A stretch of 64,000 nt of DNA from Hungatella sp. (GCA_022796015.1 JAAWHU010000007.1:5562-69561); one strand, 5' to 3'; numbered from the stretch's first letter, positions 45,249 to 54,681 are shown. Made by a program: numbers and translations. The notes: generated by a model from the sequence alone, not told the origin.

Positions 45249-46119
45249 CAGGGAATCGGCAGATTGCTGCCGGGAGCTTTCTGAGGAATATGGCCTGAAG
45301 GAGGTTCATGAGGCTAACCTTAAGATGCTCAAGGAGATAGACCGGATCTGCAGGAAGTATGGGATTCGGTACGGGTTGGATGCGGGGACTCTCATAGGGG
45401 CTGTGCGTCACCAAGGGTTTATTCCATGGGATGATGATGCGGATGTGGCTTTTACGAGAGAAAATTATGAGAAGTTTGCCAGAGTTGTGAGGAAGGAACT
45501 GCCGGCGGGTATGAAGTTTTTGGAGCCTAGCCAGCTTCGGGGGGGAGAAGGGTTTTATGATTTCACTCCCAGGATCCTATATATGAACAGCAGGACCCAT
45601 GAGGACGGGCCGGAGATGGAGTACTATGAAGGAAGGCTTAACCATCTGTGGGTGGATCTGTTTATTATGGATGAACAGCCGGAATGCAGGATTAAGGCGG
45701 CATGGATTAAAGGGCTTCATACCCTGATCTACGGCTTGGCCATGGGCCATCGGTATAAGCTGGATTATTCCAGATACGGGGCCTTAGGTAAGGCGGCTGT
45801 GGCTGTGCTGGCCGGTGTGGGAAACAAAATACCCATGAGGTATATCCGAAGGATGCAGTACAGCCTGGCGGTAAGATACCATAGAGGGAAGAGCCGGTTT
45901 TTCTACTACAGCAATTATCAGCCTGATTTCCTCTATGTGACGGTGGAGCGGTCCTGGGTGGAGGAGACGGTGGATCTGCTTTTTGAGGATACCGTGCTTA
46001 TGGCGCCCAAGGGCTGGGAGCAGGTTTTAAATGAGGTTTATGAGGACTATAAAACACTGCCTCCTAAGGAGAAGAGGGTGCCTTCCCACTCCAGCACAAA
46101 GATTAAGGTGACGGGATAG
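45238..46119 (+). CDS. LicD-family phosphotransferase (nucleotidyltransferase fold).
   Basis: The LicD core includes the DAGTLIGAVRHQGFIPWDDDAD motif. RBS is AGGGAGG. It overlaps the rfbH 3' end by 11 nt. Confidence 0.75.
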   Translation: MKDNRESADCCRELSEEYGLKEVHEANLKMLKEIDRICRKYGIRYGLDAGTLIGAVRHQGFIPWDDDADVAFTRENYEKFARVVRKELPAGMKFLEPSQLRGGEGFYDFTPRILYMNSRTHEDGPEMEYYEGRLNHLWVDLFIMDEQPECRIKAAWIKGLHTLIYGLAMGHRYKLDYSRYGALGKAAVAVLAGVGNKIPMRYIRRMQYSLAVRYHRGKSRFFYYSNYQPDFLYVTVERSWVEETVDLLFEDTVLMAPKGWEQVLNEVYEDYKTLPPKEKRVPSHSSTKIKVTG

Positions 46120-46150
46120 CAGGAAAAAGGGGGAAGAAAGGGAGCAAAGG

Positions 46151-47815
46151 TTGAAGGAATACAAAGCAAAGAACGGAAACGGCGTGGGAATCAGCGTAGG
46201 GCTGGTGTTTTTGATGTTCTATATCTACCTGCTCATGCAGTTTTCCAAAGTGTTTATTTATTATGATGATTATGGGTATTTATCTCTCAGCTATGGCTAC
46301 AACGTATTGGAGCTGACAGGGTCAGACTATAATCTTTTTCAGGCCCTGGAATATATAGGACACCACTATTTTGATTCTAACGGGCGGCTTCTGTCCATGC
46401 TTCTCTACCTGCTTCTCTATATGGCAGGCGGCCTTAAGCTGGTACAGATCTTTATGGCCACAGCGGTCCTTGGAGTGGCAGTCCTGTCATATGCCCTGGT
46501 GGCCCGCCAGTTTCATAAGCATTGGCGCCGGGGAAGCATGTGGAAGGCAGCCCCGGTTATGACAGCTGCATTCATATGCTTTCTGTATGGATTCATCGGA
46601 ATTTTGGTACACCGTCTGGGAACCTACTGGTTTGCGGCGGCTTTCCTCTACATTGTTCCGGCAATCACGGTGATTGCCTTTGCGTGGATGTACTATGAGA
46701 CCGTGTACAGAAAAAGAAGCAGAAGCTGGTGGATAGGCTGTGGGTGTCTGGCCTTTCTGGCCGGATTTTCCCAGGAACAGTGGATGGTGGGAACCATAGC
46801 CTTGATTTTTGGGGTATGGGGATATAAATATTATGTGGCTAAACTGGAGGGCGGCGACAGGCTCTCCCCCTTGGGCAGAGGGGATCTGGCAGTTCTGGCG
46901 GCCGCCATAGGAGGAGCCCTGCCCATTCTCACATCGCCGGCAGCCAGAAGAAGGATGGAACAGAACTCTGCATTTGCAGAGAGATCCTTTGTACAGAAGA
47001 TTCTTTACAATATAGATGCCATCACCCGCCTGTTTTTTGCCCCCAGCAATCAGAAGTATATTTATATTTTCCTGTTTCTTCTTATAATTATGACCATTGT
47101 TATGATAAAAAGGGGATATGGGAAAAAGATGGTTCACATGCTGTTTTTAGGGGCGTCGGCTGCAGCCGGAATTTATGTATTTGTCCAGGTACATGTGTTC
47201 TATCACGGACAATCCAGCCAGTATGCCTCATGGGTAGTGTGGATGCTCTTTGTCTACATTCTGTGGATGTCGGCCCAGATTATGTATTATCTGTTCTCCA
47301 CAGGCAATGAGCTCCAGAGCCTGATCTATGGCGCCGCCTTTTTTTCTATGGCCTGCCTTACGGTGGTTCCGGAACTGCCTGACAGAGTGCTGCTTCCCTT
47401 TATGCTTCTTTCCTTTTCTCTGGCAGGGTGTATTTTCTGTGATGCATTTATGAGAAAGGGGCGATTCTGGGTTGTGGGTGTAGCGGTACTTTTGGGAACA
47501 GGGGCAGTGGGAGGCGCCAGCATGAGAACCATCTATAGGGGCTACAGCGCTAACTGGCTGGTGCATCAGTACAATGATGCCGTGATCCGGCAGGCTGTGG
47601 ACCGAATCCATGGCGGTGAGAAGGTTACGGAGGTTCATCTCTATCAGCTGTTAGACAATCTGTGTTCCAATGAAATGGCCTACAATCCTAATTTCAGTTT
47701 TATGATTTACTGGATGGATCAATATTATGATCTTCCCGAGGACGTGGAATTGGTGTATGATGTAGTGAGGGACATGGAAAGTCTTACTTTACCATTCAGT
47801 GAAGGGATAGAATAA
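46151..47815 (+). CDS. Large polytopic membrane protein of 554 aa, unknown family. It may be GT-C or polymerase-like.
   Basis: More than 12 TM helices. It has a TTG start with an AAGGGAG RBS, so the start is uncertain. Its stop overlaps the next gene's ATG (TAATG). Confidence 0.5.
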   Translation: MKEYKAKNGNGVGISVGLVFLMFYIYLLMQFSKVFIYYDDYGYLSLSYGYNVLELTGSDYNLFQALEYIGHHYFDSNGRLLSMLLYLLLYMAGGLKLVQIFMATAVLGVAVLSYALVARQFHKHWRRGSMWKAAPVMTAAFICFLYGFIGILVHRLGTYWFAAAFLYIVPAITVIAFAWMYYETVYRKRSRSWWIGCGCLAFLAGFSQEQWMVGTIALIFGVWGYKYYVAKLEGGDRLSPLGRGDLAVLAAAIGGALPILTSPAARRRMEQNSAFAERSFVQKILYNIDAITRLFFAPSNQKYIYIFLFLLIIMTIVMIKRGYGKKMVHMLFLGASAAAGIYVFVQVHVFYHGQSSQYASWVVWMLFVYILWMSAQIMYYLFSTGNELQSLIYGAAFFSMACLTVVPELPDRVLLPFMLLSFSLAGCIFCDAFMRKGRFWVVGVAVLLGTGAVGGASMRTIYRGYSANWLVHQYNDAVIRQAVDRIHGGEKVTEVHLYQLLDNLCSNEMAYNPNFSFMIYWMDQYYDLPEDVELVYDVVRDMESLTLPFSEGIE

Positions 47816-48741
47816 TGGAAAAGTTGTTGTCAGTTGTGGTATCGGTATATAATGAAGAGGCGGTTCTTGCGCAGTTTTATGAGGAGACAAAAAGGGTTCT
47901 TGATGAGATTCCGTGGGACTATGAGCTGCTGTTTGTCAATGATGGAAGCCATGATGGAAGTCTTCGTATACTTGAGGACTTGGCAGGGCAGGATGAACAT
48001 GTGAAGCTTGTCAGCTTCTCCAGGAATTTCGGGCATGAGTCCGCCATGATCGCCGGGATTGATTACAGCAGCGGCCAGGGAATCATATGTATGGATGCGG
48101 ATCTCCAGCACCCGCCGGCCTGCATTCCCAAGATCGTGGAGAGACTGGAAGCCGGTTTTCAGGTTATTAATATGGTAAGAACCAGGAACGAATCGGCGGG
48201 ATGGTTTAAAAACCTGGCGTCTTCTGCATTTTATAAGGTAATCAATATTCTGTCGGATGTGAAATTTGAGAGCAATGCATCGGATTTCTTTGGGATCAGC
48301 CGCCACGTGGCGGATGTACTTAAATATAATTATCGGGAAAAAGTCCGATTTCTTCGTGGGTATGTACAGAATGTAGGTTTTAAGAAAACCACCATTCAAT
48401 ATGAAGCCGGAATCAGGGCGGCAGGGGAGAGCAAATACAGCATCAGAAAGCTGTTTCAGTTTTCTGTTAATACCATTGTGTGCTTTTCTAATCTGCCTTT
48501 GAAGCTGGGAATCTATGCTGGTGCTATGGCGGCCCTTCTGGGTCTTTTGGTAATGGTCTACACCTTGTTTACAAGAGGAGGCGCTCCCAGCGGATATGCC
48601 ACGATTGTAGTGCTAATCTGTTTTATGTTTGCAATTCTCTTTGTCCTGGTGGGAATTATCGGGGAATATATTGCAATTTTATTTACGGAATTGAAAGACA
48701 GGCCCATTTATATTGTTGAGGAGACAAAAAATATAAAGTAA
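47815..48741 (+). CDS. GT2 polyprenyl-phosphate glycosyltransferase (GtrB/CsbB/ArnC-like) with two C-terminal TM helices.
   Basis: LSVVVSVYNEE...LLFVNDGSHDGS...MDADLQHPP and C-terminal TM helices. 308 aa, typical of this subfamily. Confidence 0.8.
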   Translation: MEKLLSVVVSVYNEEAVLAQFYEETKRVLDEIPWDYELLFVNDGSHDGSLRILEDLAGQDEHVKLVSFSRNFGHESAMIAGIDYSSGQGIICMDADLQHPPACIPKIVERLEAGFQVINMVRTRNESAGWFKNLASSAFYKVINILSDVKFESNASDFFGISRHVADVLKYNYREKVRFLRGYVQNVGFKKTTIQYEAGIRAAGESKYSIRKLFQFSVNTIVCFSNLPLKLGIYAGAMAALLGLLVMVYTLFTRGGAPSGYATIVVLICFMFAILFVLVGIIGEYIAILFTELKDRPIYIVEETKNIK

Positions 48742-48852
48742 AATTATCAGAAAAATTAGCATTTTTTGGACAATATGGAATCAATAGGGCGATATATCGA
48801 CCTATTTCCTCATAAATTTCGGATACACTATCCTAAAAAAGGAGATAGTGGC

Positions 48853-49092
48853 ATGAGGATTTATGAGGCGACCAATATAAGGATTAATGAACTGCGAAAA
48901 GAGAGAAGATTGTCGGAGTATGCACTGATTTATCAGGCCGGCATGCCTGCATCAACAGTAAAGAGCATCCTCCATGGAAAAAGCAAGAATCCTGGCATTG
49001 TCAATATCAAGAAAATAGCAGAGGGACTTGGAGTAACCATGAGAGAATTTTATGATTCTGATATTTTTGATGAACTGGAGCCGGAAGATTAA
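48853..49092 (+). CDS. XRE-family HTH transcriptional regulator (small).
   Basis: 79 aa. IRINELRKERRLSEYALIYQAGMPASTVKSIL is an HTH_XRE-type helix-turn-helix. RBS is AAAGGAG. The track's extension from 48766 was rejected. Confidence 0.7.
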   Translation: MRIYEATNIRINELRKERRLSEYALIYQAGMPASTVKSILHGKSKNPGIVNIKKIAEGLGVTMREFYDSDIFDELEPED

Positions 49093-49111
49093 ATAATCAA
49101 AGGAGTCTGGC

Positions 49112-49885
49112 ATGGTAGACCAAGAGAGAGAGGTTATGGAGGCAGCCATGGAGGCAGGTCATATTCTGTTGGAAAACGGCGCCGAAATATTTCGTGTAGA
49201 AGAGACCATTAACCGCATTTGCAGGCATTACGGGATAGAATCCAGTAATGCCTTTGTTTTGAGTAATGGTATTTTTATAACATCAGGAAGTGTTATGGAG
49301 GAGAGCTTTGCGAAGGTGCAGCACATCCCGGTCAGCGGCTCCCACTTAGACCGGGTGGCGGCGGTAAATCAGTTATCAAGGGAGGTGGAGGAAGGCAGGT
49401 ACACCATCGAGGAGGTACGCGGGCGGCTGGAGGAAATCAGAAAGATGCCCGGCAAGACAAAGAAGATGCAGATTCTGGGATCAGGAGTGGGAAGCGGGGC
49501 CTTCTGCTATCTTTACGGCGGCAGCCTCTATGATTGCGGGGCCGCTTTCCTGGCAGGACTTATTCTCTATGTTTTTGTGCTTTATGTCAGCGGTCCCCAC
49601 CTGAAGAAAATGATGTCGGGAATTGCGGGAGGAGCCGTGGCGACTGCGGTGTGTATGGTGCTGTGGGAACTGGGAATAGGACAGAACCTGGATCTTATGA
49701 TTATCGGCTCCATCATTCCCCTTGTGCCGGGGGTAGCCTTTACCAATGCCATCAGAGACATTGCCGATGAAAATTATATTGCCGGGACCGTGCGCATGAC
49801 AGATGCCCTTTTGGTGTTTTTCTGCATCGCCATGGGTGTAGGCATGGTCTACGCCGTAAAGCAGCGGCTGATCATATGGTTCTAG
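49112..49885 (+). CDS. Threonine/serine exporter family protein, ThrE N-terminal-type subunit (DUF1212, YjjP-like).
   Basis: N-terminal soluble region, then five TM helices. RBS is AAAGGAG. Confidence 0.75.
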   Translation: MVDQEREVMEAAMEAGHILLENGAEIFRVEETINRICRHYGIESSNAFVLSNGIFITSGSVMEESFAKVQHIPVSGSHLDRVAAVNQLSREVEEGRYTIEEVRGRLEEIRKMPGKTKKMQILGSGVGSGAFCYLYGGSLYDCGAAFLAGLILYVFVLYVSGPHLKKMMSGIAGGAVATAVCMVLWELGIGQNLDLMIIGSIIPLVPGVAFTNAIRDIADENYIAGTVRMTDALLVFFCIAMGVGMVYAVKQRLIIWF

Positions 49886-49900
49886 GAGGGAAGAAGGTTT

Positions 49901-50317
49901 ATGATAGGACAGTTTATTGCAGCGGTGGCCGGTACGGTTGGATTTTCTGTGCTGTACAGTGTGCCCCGGGCGTATTATCCTTACTGCGGCTTCATCGGAG
50001 GAGCCGGCTGGCTGCTCTACTGCCTTTTGATTCCGACATGCTCCGGGCCGGAGTCTGCATTTTTTGCGGCTGCCCTGGTGGTTGTCCTGTCCCGGTTCTT
50101 TGCCGTAAAGGAAAGATGCCCGGTAACCATATTTCTGATCAGCGGGATCTTTCCCCTTGTGCCGGGAGGCGGAATCTACTGGACGGCCTACTACATAGTA
50201 ACCGATGAAGTGGAGCAGGCGGCCCGAACCGGATTTTCGGCAGTGAAGGTGGCCGTGGCCATTGTGCTGGCCATTGTGTTGGTGTTTCAGGTTCCTCAGA
50301 AGGTGTTTAAGAGGTAA
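49901..50317 (+). CDS. Threonine/serine exporter family protein, small subunit (DUF3815, YjjB-like).
   Basis: 138-aa four-TM protein immediately downstream of the DUF1212 gene. This is the canonical pairing. Confidence 0.75.
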   Translation: MIGQFIAAVAGTVGFSVLYSVPRAYYPYCGFIGGAGWLLYCLLIPTCSGPESAFFAAALVVVLSRFFAVKERCPVTIFLISGIFPLVPGGGIYWTAYYIVTDEVEQAARTGFSAVKVAVAIVLAIVLVFQVPQKVFKR

Positions 50318-50341
50318 TAGAACGGAAAGGAGAGAGAATAT

Positions 50342-51688
50342 ATGATTTTGATTCGAGGCGGAAGGATTGTTGATCCGGAGAGGAAGACAGAGTATGGGGC
50401 GGATGTGGTGTTGGATCATAACGGAAGGATCGCTTTGATCGGAGATGCCGGGGACAGGCAGGGGTATGAGAGGGTCATTGACGCGGCCGGGTGCGTGGTG
50501 GCGCCGGGGCTGGTGGACGTTCATGTGCATTTCAGGGATCCGGGGCTTACTTATAAGGAGGATATAGGCACAGGGGCCGCCGCCGCTGCGGCAGGGGGCT
50601 TTACCACAGTGGTATGTATGGCTAACACGAAGCCGCCGGTGGATAATGAAGAGACTTTAAGACACGTGATAGAGGAAGGAAGGAAGACTGGGATCCATGT
50701 GCTGGCGGCGTCGGCAGTGTCCGTGGGAATGAGAGGGGAGAGCTTAGTGGACATGAAGGCCCTGAGGGCTGCAGGCGCAGCGGGGTTTACCGATGATGGG
50801 ATTCCTCTTATGAACGGGGAACTGCTGCGCCAGGCCATGGAGCAGGCGGCAGAGCTTGACGTGCCTGTCAGCCTTCATGAGGAGGATCCGGCTTTTATTA
50901 AGAATAACGGAATTAACCACGGGGCTGTGTCAGATGAGCTTGGGCTCTATGGGTCTCCGGCAGTGGCAGAGGAGAGCTTGGTGGCCAGGGACTGTATGAT
51001 TGCCCTGCGCACAGGGGCTAAGGTAAACATCCAGCATATCAGCTCCCAGGGGGGCGTGGAAGCAGTGAGGCTGGCTAAAAAAATGGGGGCCAGAGTGACG
51101 GCGGAGGTCACCCCCCATCATGTTACCCTTACAGAAGAGGCAGTAAGGGAATATGGGACCTTGGCAAAGATGAACCCTCCTTTGAGGACAGAGCGGGACA
51201 GGCAGGCTCTTCTTCTGGGGTTAAAGGATGGGACGATTGATATGATAGCTACGGACCATGCCCCCCACAGCAGAGAGGAGAAAGCACGGCCTCTGACAGA
51301 GGCTCCCAGCGGTATTACGGGGCTGGAGACCTCTCTGGCTCTTGGAATCACGGAGCTTGTTGAAAAGGGGGTGCTGACCCTTCCCCAGCTTATGGAGAAG
51401 ATGAGCCTGAATCCGGCCCGGCTTTACGGCTTGGACTGCGGCAGAATGGAGGAGGGAGCGCCGGGGGATCTGGTGATCTTTGATCCTGATGAAGAATTTG
51501 TGCCGGAAAAATTCTACTCCAAGTCTGATAATACGCCTTTTAAAGGCTGGAGGTTAAAAGGAAGGGTGCATTATACCATCTGTGCAGGGAAGGTGGCGTA
51601 TGAGAGAGCGGACAGGGCGGATTCCGGGCCAAAGGACGAGAGGGCAGCCCATGGGGCGCCGGCAGAAACGGAGGGATTTACAGATTGA
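50342..51688 (+). CDS. pyrC: Dihydroorotase (cyclic amidohydrolase family).
   Basis: Metal-binding DVHVHFRDPG and a later DHAPH motif; 448 aa. Confidence 0.8.
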   Translation: MILIRGGRIVDPERKTEYGADVVLDHNGRIALIGDAGDRQGYERVIDAAGCVVAPGLVDVHVHFRDPGLTYKEDIGTGAAAAAAGGFTTVVCMANTKPPVDNEETLRHVIEEGRKTGIHVLAASAVSVGMRGESLVDMKALRAAGAAGFTDDGIPLMNGELLRQAMEQAAELDVPVSLHEEDPAFIKNNGINHGAVSDELGLYGSPAVAEESLVARDCMIALRTGAKVNIQHISSQGGVEAVRLAKKMGARVTAEVTPHHVTLTEEAVREYGTLAKMNPPLRTERDRQALLLGLKDGTIDMIATDHAPHSREEKARPLTEAPSGITGLETSLALGITELVEKGVLTLPQLMEKMSLNPARLYGLDCGRMEEGAPGDLVIFDPDEEFVPEKFYSKSDNTPFKGWRLKGRVHYTICAGKVAYERADRADSGPKDERAAHGAPAETEGFTD

Positions 51689-52917
51689 TGGAGCGGATAG
51701 GAGTGGAGCTGGAGGAAGCGGTGGAGATCATCACGGAGCACACAGGATTTCTTGAAGCTGCGGAGGAGATAGACCTTGGGGAGGCCTTGGGGAGAGTGGC
51801 TGCAGAGTCATACAAGTCGCATATGGATAATCCGCCCTTTGACCGGTCCCCTCTGGATGGCTATGCCTTCCGAAGCCAGGATGTGAGAGAGGCCGGGAAT
51901 TCGTGTCCCATAGGCCTTACAGTGACCCAGGTTCTCTATGCCGGCGGATGGTACGACAGAGAGGTAGGGCCCCTTGAGGCTGTAAGAATTATGACGGGAG
52001 CCCCCATTCCTCCCGGGGCGGACTGTGTAATACGTCAGGAGGAGGTGTCCTTTAGGGCGGGAGAAAAGGACACCTTGTGGATTCCCCGTCCTATGAAGCC
52101 CTATGAGAACTATTGCTTTCAGGGGGAGGATTCCCAAAAGGGTACCATGCTTTTAGAAAAGGGGGAGGCCATTGGATATGTAGAGCAGGGAATTCTGGCT
52201 TCGGCAGGAATCAACCGTGTGAAAGTATATAGAAAACCCAGGATCGCCTTTTTTGTGGCAGGTGATGAGCTGTGCCCTCCCGGACAGCCCCTTAAGCCCG
52301 GCAAGATCTATGACTCCAATTACTGGCTTCTGTCAGGCCGCATGAAAGCCTTGGGATATCCGCCGGCCGTGTCCGGTATGGCCGGAGACCATCCGGAGGA
52401 GATTGCAGGAGAGCTTTGCAGGATCATAGACCAGACGGACCTTGTGATCACCACCGGCGGCGTCTCCGTGGGAGAGAAGGATATTTTCCACCAGGTGCTG
52501 CCTCTTTTGGGGGCCCGGCGTCTTTTCTGGAGAGTGAAGATGAAGCCCGGAACCCCGGCTATGTTCGCCCTGTACAAAGGAAAACCCATGATTCACCTTT
52601 CCGGCAACCCCTTTGCGGCGGCGGCAACCTTTGAACTTCTGGCAGTACCGGCTCTTAAAAAGCTGACAGCTGCCCCCCATCTGACCCAGAGGCGGCAGAA
52701 AGCCGTTCTGACCCGGGACTTTGAGAAGGCGGGCGGGCGGAGATTTGTCCGTGGTTATGTGGAGGATGGAATGGTAACCCTGCCTCCGGCGGCCAGTCAT
52801 GCCTCCGGGATGCTTTTTTCCATGAAAGGCTGTAACTGCCTTGCTGATCTGCCTCCCTCCGAGACGCCTATAAGGGCAGGGCAGGAGGTGGAGGTAATCC
52901 GATTTCCTTCATTATAG
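51688..52917 (+). CDS. moeA: Molybdopterin molybdenumtransferase.
   Basis: MoeA N-terminal and linker region, MoCF-biosynthesis domain (GGVSVGEKD) and MoeA C-terminus. The start ATG overlaps the pyrC TGA (TGATG). Confidence 0.85.
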   Translation: MERIGVELEEAVEIITEHTGFLEAAEEIDLGEALGRVAAESYKSHMDNPPFDRSPLDGYAFRSQDVREAGNSCPIGLTVTQVLYAGGWYDREVGPLEAVRIMTGAPIPPGADCVIRQEEVSFRAGEKDTLWIPRPMKPYENYCFQGEDSQKGTMLLEKGEAIGYVEQGILASAGINRVKVYRKPRIAFFVAGDELCPPGQPLKPGKIYDSNYWLLSGRMKALGYPPAVSGMAGDHPEEIAGELCRIIDQTDLVITTGGVSVGEKDIFHQVLPLLGARRLFWRVKMKPGTPAMFALYKGKPMIHLSGNPFAAAATFELLAVPALKKLTAAPHLTQRRQKAVLTRDFEKAGGRRFVRGYVEDGMVTLPPAASHASGMLFSMKGCNCLADLPPSETPIRAGQEVEVIRFPSL

Positions 52918-53040
52918 AAGAATCTGGCATTTATAGGCAGAAACCATTTGCAAAATCAGAAATTTCATGTAAAATAGGAGGGACGATGCAGTCCCAAGGA
53001 CTGTGGGAAGTTTTATCATGAAATCAGAAAGGTGAAAGAG

Positions 53041-54681
53041 ATGATTAGTGCAAACAACGTAACACTGCGTGTGGGCAAGAAGGCATTGTTTGAGGATGTG
53101 AACATTAAGTTTACGGAAGGCAACTGTTATGGGCTCATCGGGGCCAACGGAGCGGGAAAGTCCACATTTTTAAAAATACTGTCCGGCCAGCTGGACTCCA
53201 CCAGTGGAGATGTGGTGATCACTCCGGGCCAGAGACTGTCCTTTTTACAGCAGGATCATTTTAAATATGACGAATATCCGGTTCTTGACACAGTGATTAT
53301 GGGCAATCCCCGCCTTTATCAGGTGATGAAGGAGAAGGATGCCATCTATATGAAAGAAGACTTCAGCGATGAGGACGGAATCCGTGCGGCTGATCTGGAG
53401 GCAGAATTTGCGGAGATGAACGGCTGGGAGGCAGAGTCCGATGGGGCCAACCTTCTCAACGGCCTCGGCGTAGATACGGAATACCATAATACGCTTATGA
53501 AGGATCTGAACGGCTCCTTAAAGGTAAAGGTGCTTTTAGCCCAGGCGCTCTTCGGCAACCCCGATATCCTTCTTCTGGACGAGCCTACCAACCACTTGGA
53601 TCTGGATGCCATCGCATGGCTGGAGGAGTTTTTGATTAATTTTAATAATACGGTGATTGTGGTTTCCCATGACCGGTATTTCCTCAATAAGGTCTGTACG
53701 CACACGGCGGACATTGATTACGGCAAGATTCAGCTGTACGCCGGCAATTACGATTTCTGGTATGAGTCCAGCCAGCTTATGGTCCGCCAGATGAAGGAGG
53801 CCAACAGGAAGAAGGAGGAGAAGATCAAAGAGCTTCAGGAGTTCATTCAGAGATTCTCGGCCAACGCCTCCAAGTCAAAGCAGGCCACATCCAGAAAGCG
53901 TGCTTTGGAGAAGATCGAGCTGGATGACATTAAGCCATCCAGCAGAAAATATCCCTATATTGACTTCCGCCCGGCAAGAGAGATCGGCAACGAAGTCCTG
54001 ACAGTGGAGAATTTGTCAAAGACCATTGACGGCGTAAAGGTACTGGACAATCTGTCCTTTATCCTGAACCGGGAAGATAAGGTGGCTCTGGTAGGGCCTA
54101 ACGAGCAGGCCAAGACCGTGCTCTTTAAAATTCTGTCAGGAGAGATGGAGCCTGACGAGGGAAGTTACAAGTGGGGCCTGACTACTTCCCAGTCCTATTT
54201 CCCCAAGGACAATACGGAGGAGTTCAGCAATGACGATACCATCGTGGAATGGCTGACTCAGTATTCCCCTGAGAAGGACGTGACTTATGTCCGGGGATTT
54301 TTAGGGAGAATGCTCTTTGCAGGAGAGGACGGCGTTAAGAAGGTAAAGGTGCTTTCCGGAGGCGAGAAGGTGCGGTGCATGCTGTCAAAGCTGATGATTT
54401 CCGGCGCCAACGTGCTTATGCTGGATGAGCCAACGGACCACCTGGATATGGAAGCTATCACGGCGTTAAACAACGGCCTTATGAAGTTCCCGGGAGTGCT
54501 GATCTTCTCCTCCCGTGATCATCAGATTGTCCAGACCACTGCCAACCGGATTATGGAGATCGTAGGAGGACAGCTGATCGACAAGATCACCACCTACGAC
54601 GAGTATCTGGAAAATGATGAGATGGCCAGGAAGAGACAGGTGTTTACCATCAATGTGAAGGACGAGGAAGCACAGGATTAA
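53041..54681 (+). CDS. ABC-F family ATPase with two ABC domains and no TM domain.
   Basis: Two Walker A motifs (GANGAGKST and GPNEQAKT, the second degenerate) and two signature motifs (LSGGEKVR), separated by a roughly 80-aa charged linker. The ATG at 53041 is preferred over the GTG at 53032. Confidence 0.85.
   Translation: MISANNVTLRVGKKALFEDVNIKFTEGNCYGLIGANGAGKSTFLKILSGQLDSTSGDVVITPGQRLSFLQQDHFKYDEYPVLDTVIMGNPRLYQVMKEKDAIYMKEDFSDEDGIRAADLEAEFAEMNGWEAESDGANLLNGLGVDTEYHNTLMKDLNGSLKVKVLLAQALFGNPDILLLDEPTNHLDLDAIAWLEEFLINFNNTVIVVSHDRYFLNKVCTHTADIDYGKIQLYAGNYDFWYESSQLMVRQMKEANRKKEEKIKELQEFIQRFSANASKSKQATSRKRALEKIELDDIKPSSRKYPYIDFRPAREIGNEVLTVENLSKTIDGVKVLDNLSFILNREDKVALVGPNEQAKTVLFKILSGEMEPDEGSYKWGLTTSQSYFPKDNTEEFSNDDTIVEWLTQYSPEKDVTYVRGFLGRMLFAGEDGVKKVKVLSGGEKVRCMLSKLMISGANVLMLDEPTDHLDMEAITALNNGLMKFPGVLIFSSRDHQIVQTTANRIMEIVGGQLIDKITTYDEYLENDEMARKRQVFTINVKDEEAQD

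Noticed and set aside
49481-50530. 349-aa minus-strand ORF across thrE and pyrC.
   Set aside because: It is antisense to two homology-supported genes. Its translation is His/Pro/Arg-rich and low in complexity, and it has no RBS.
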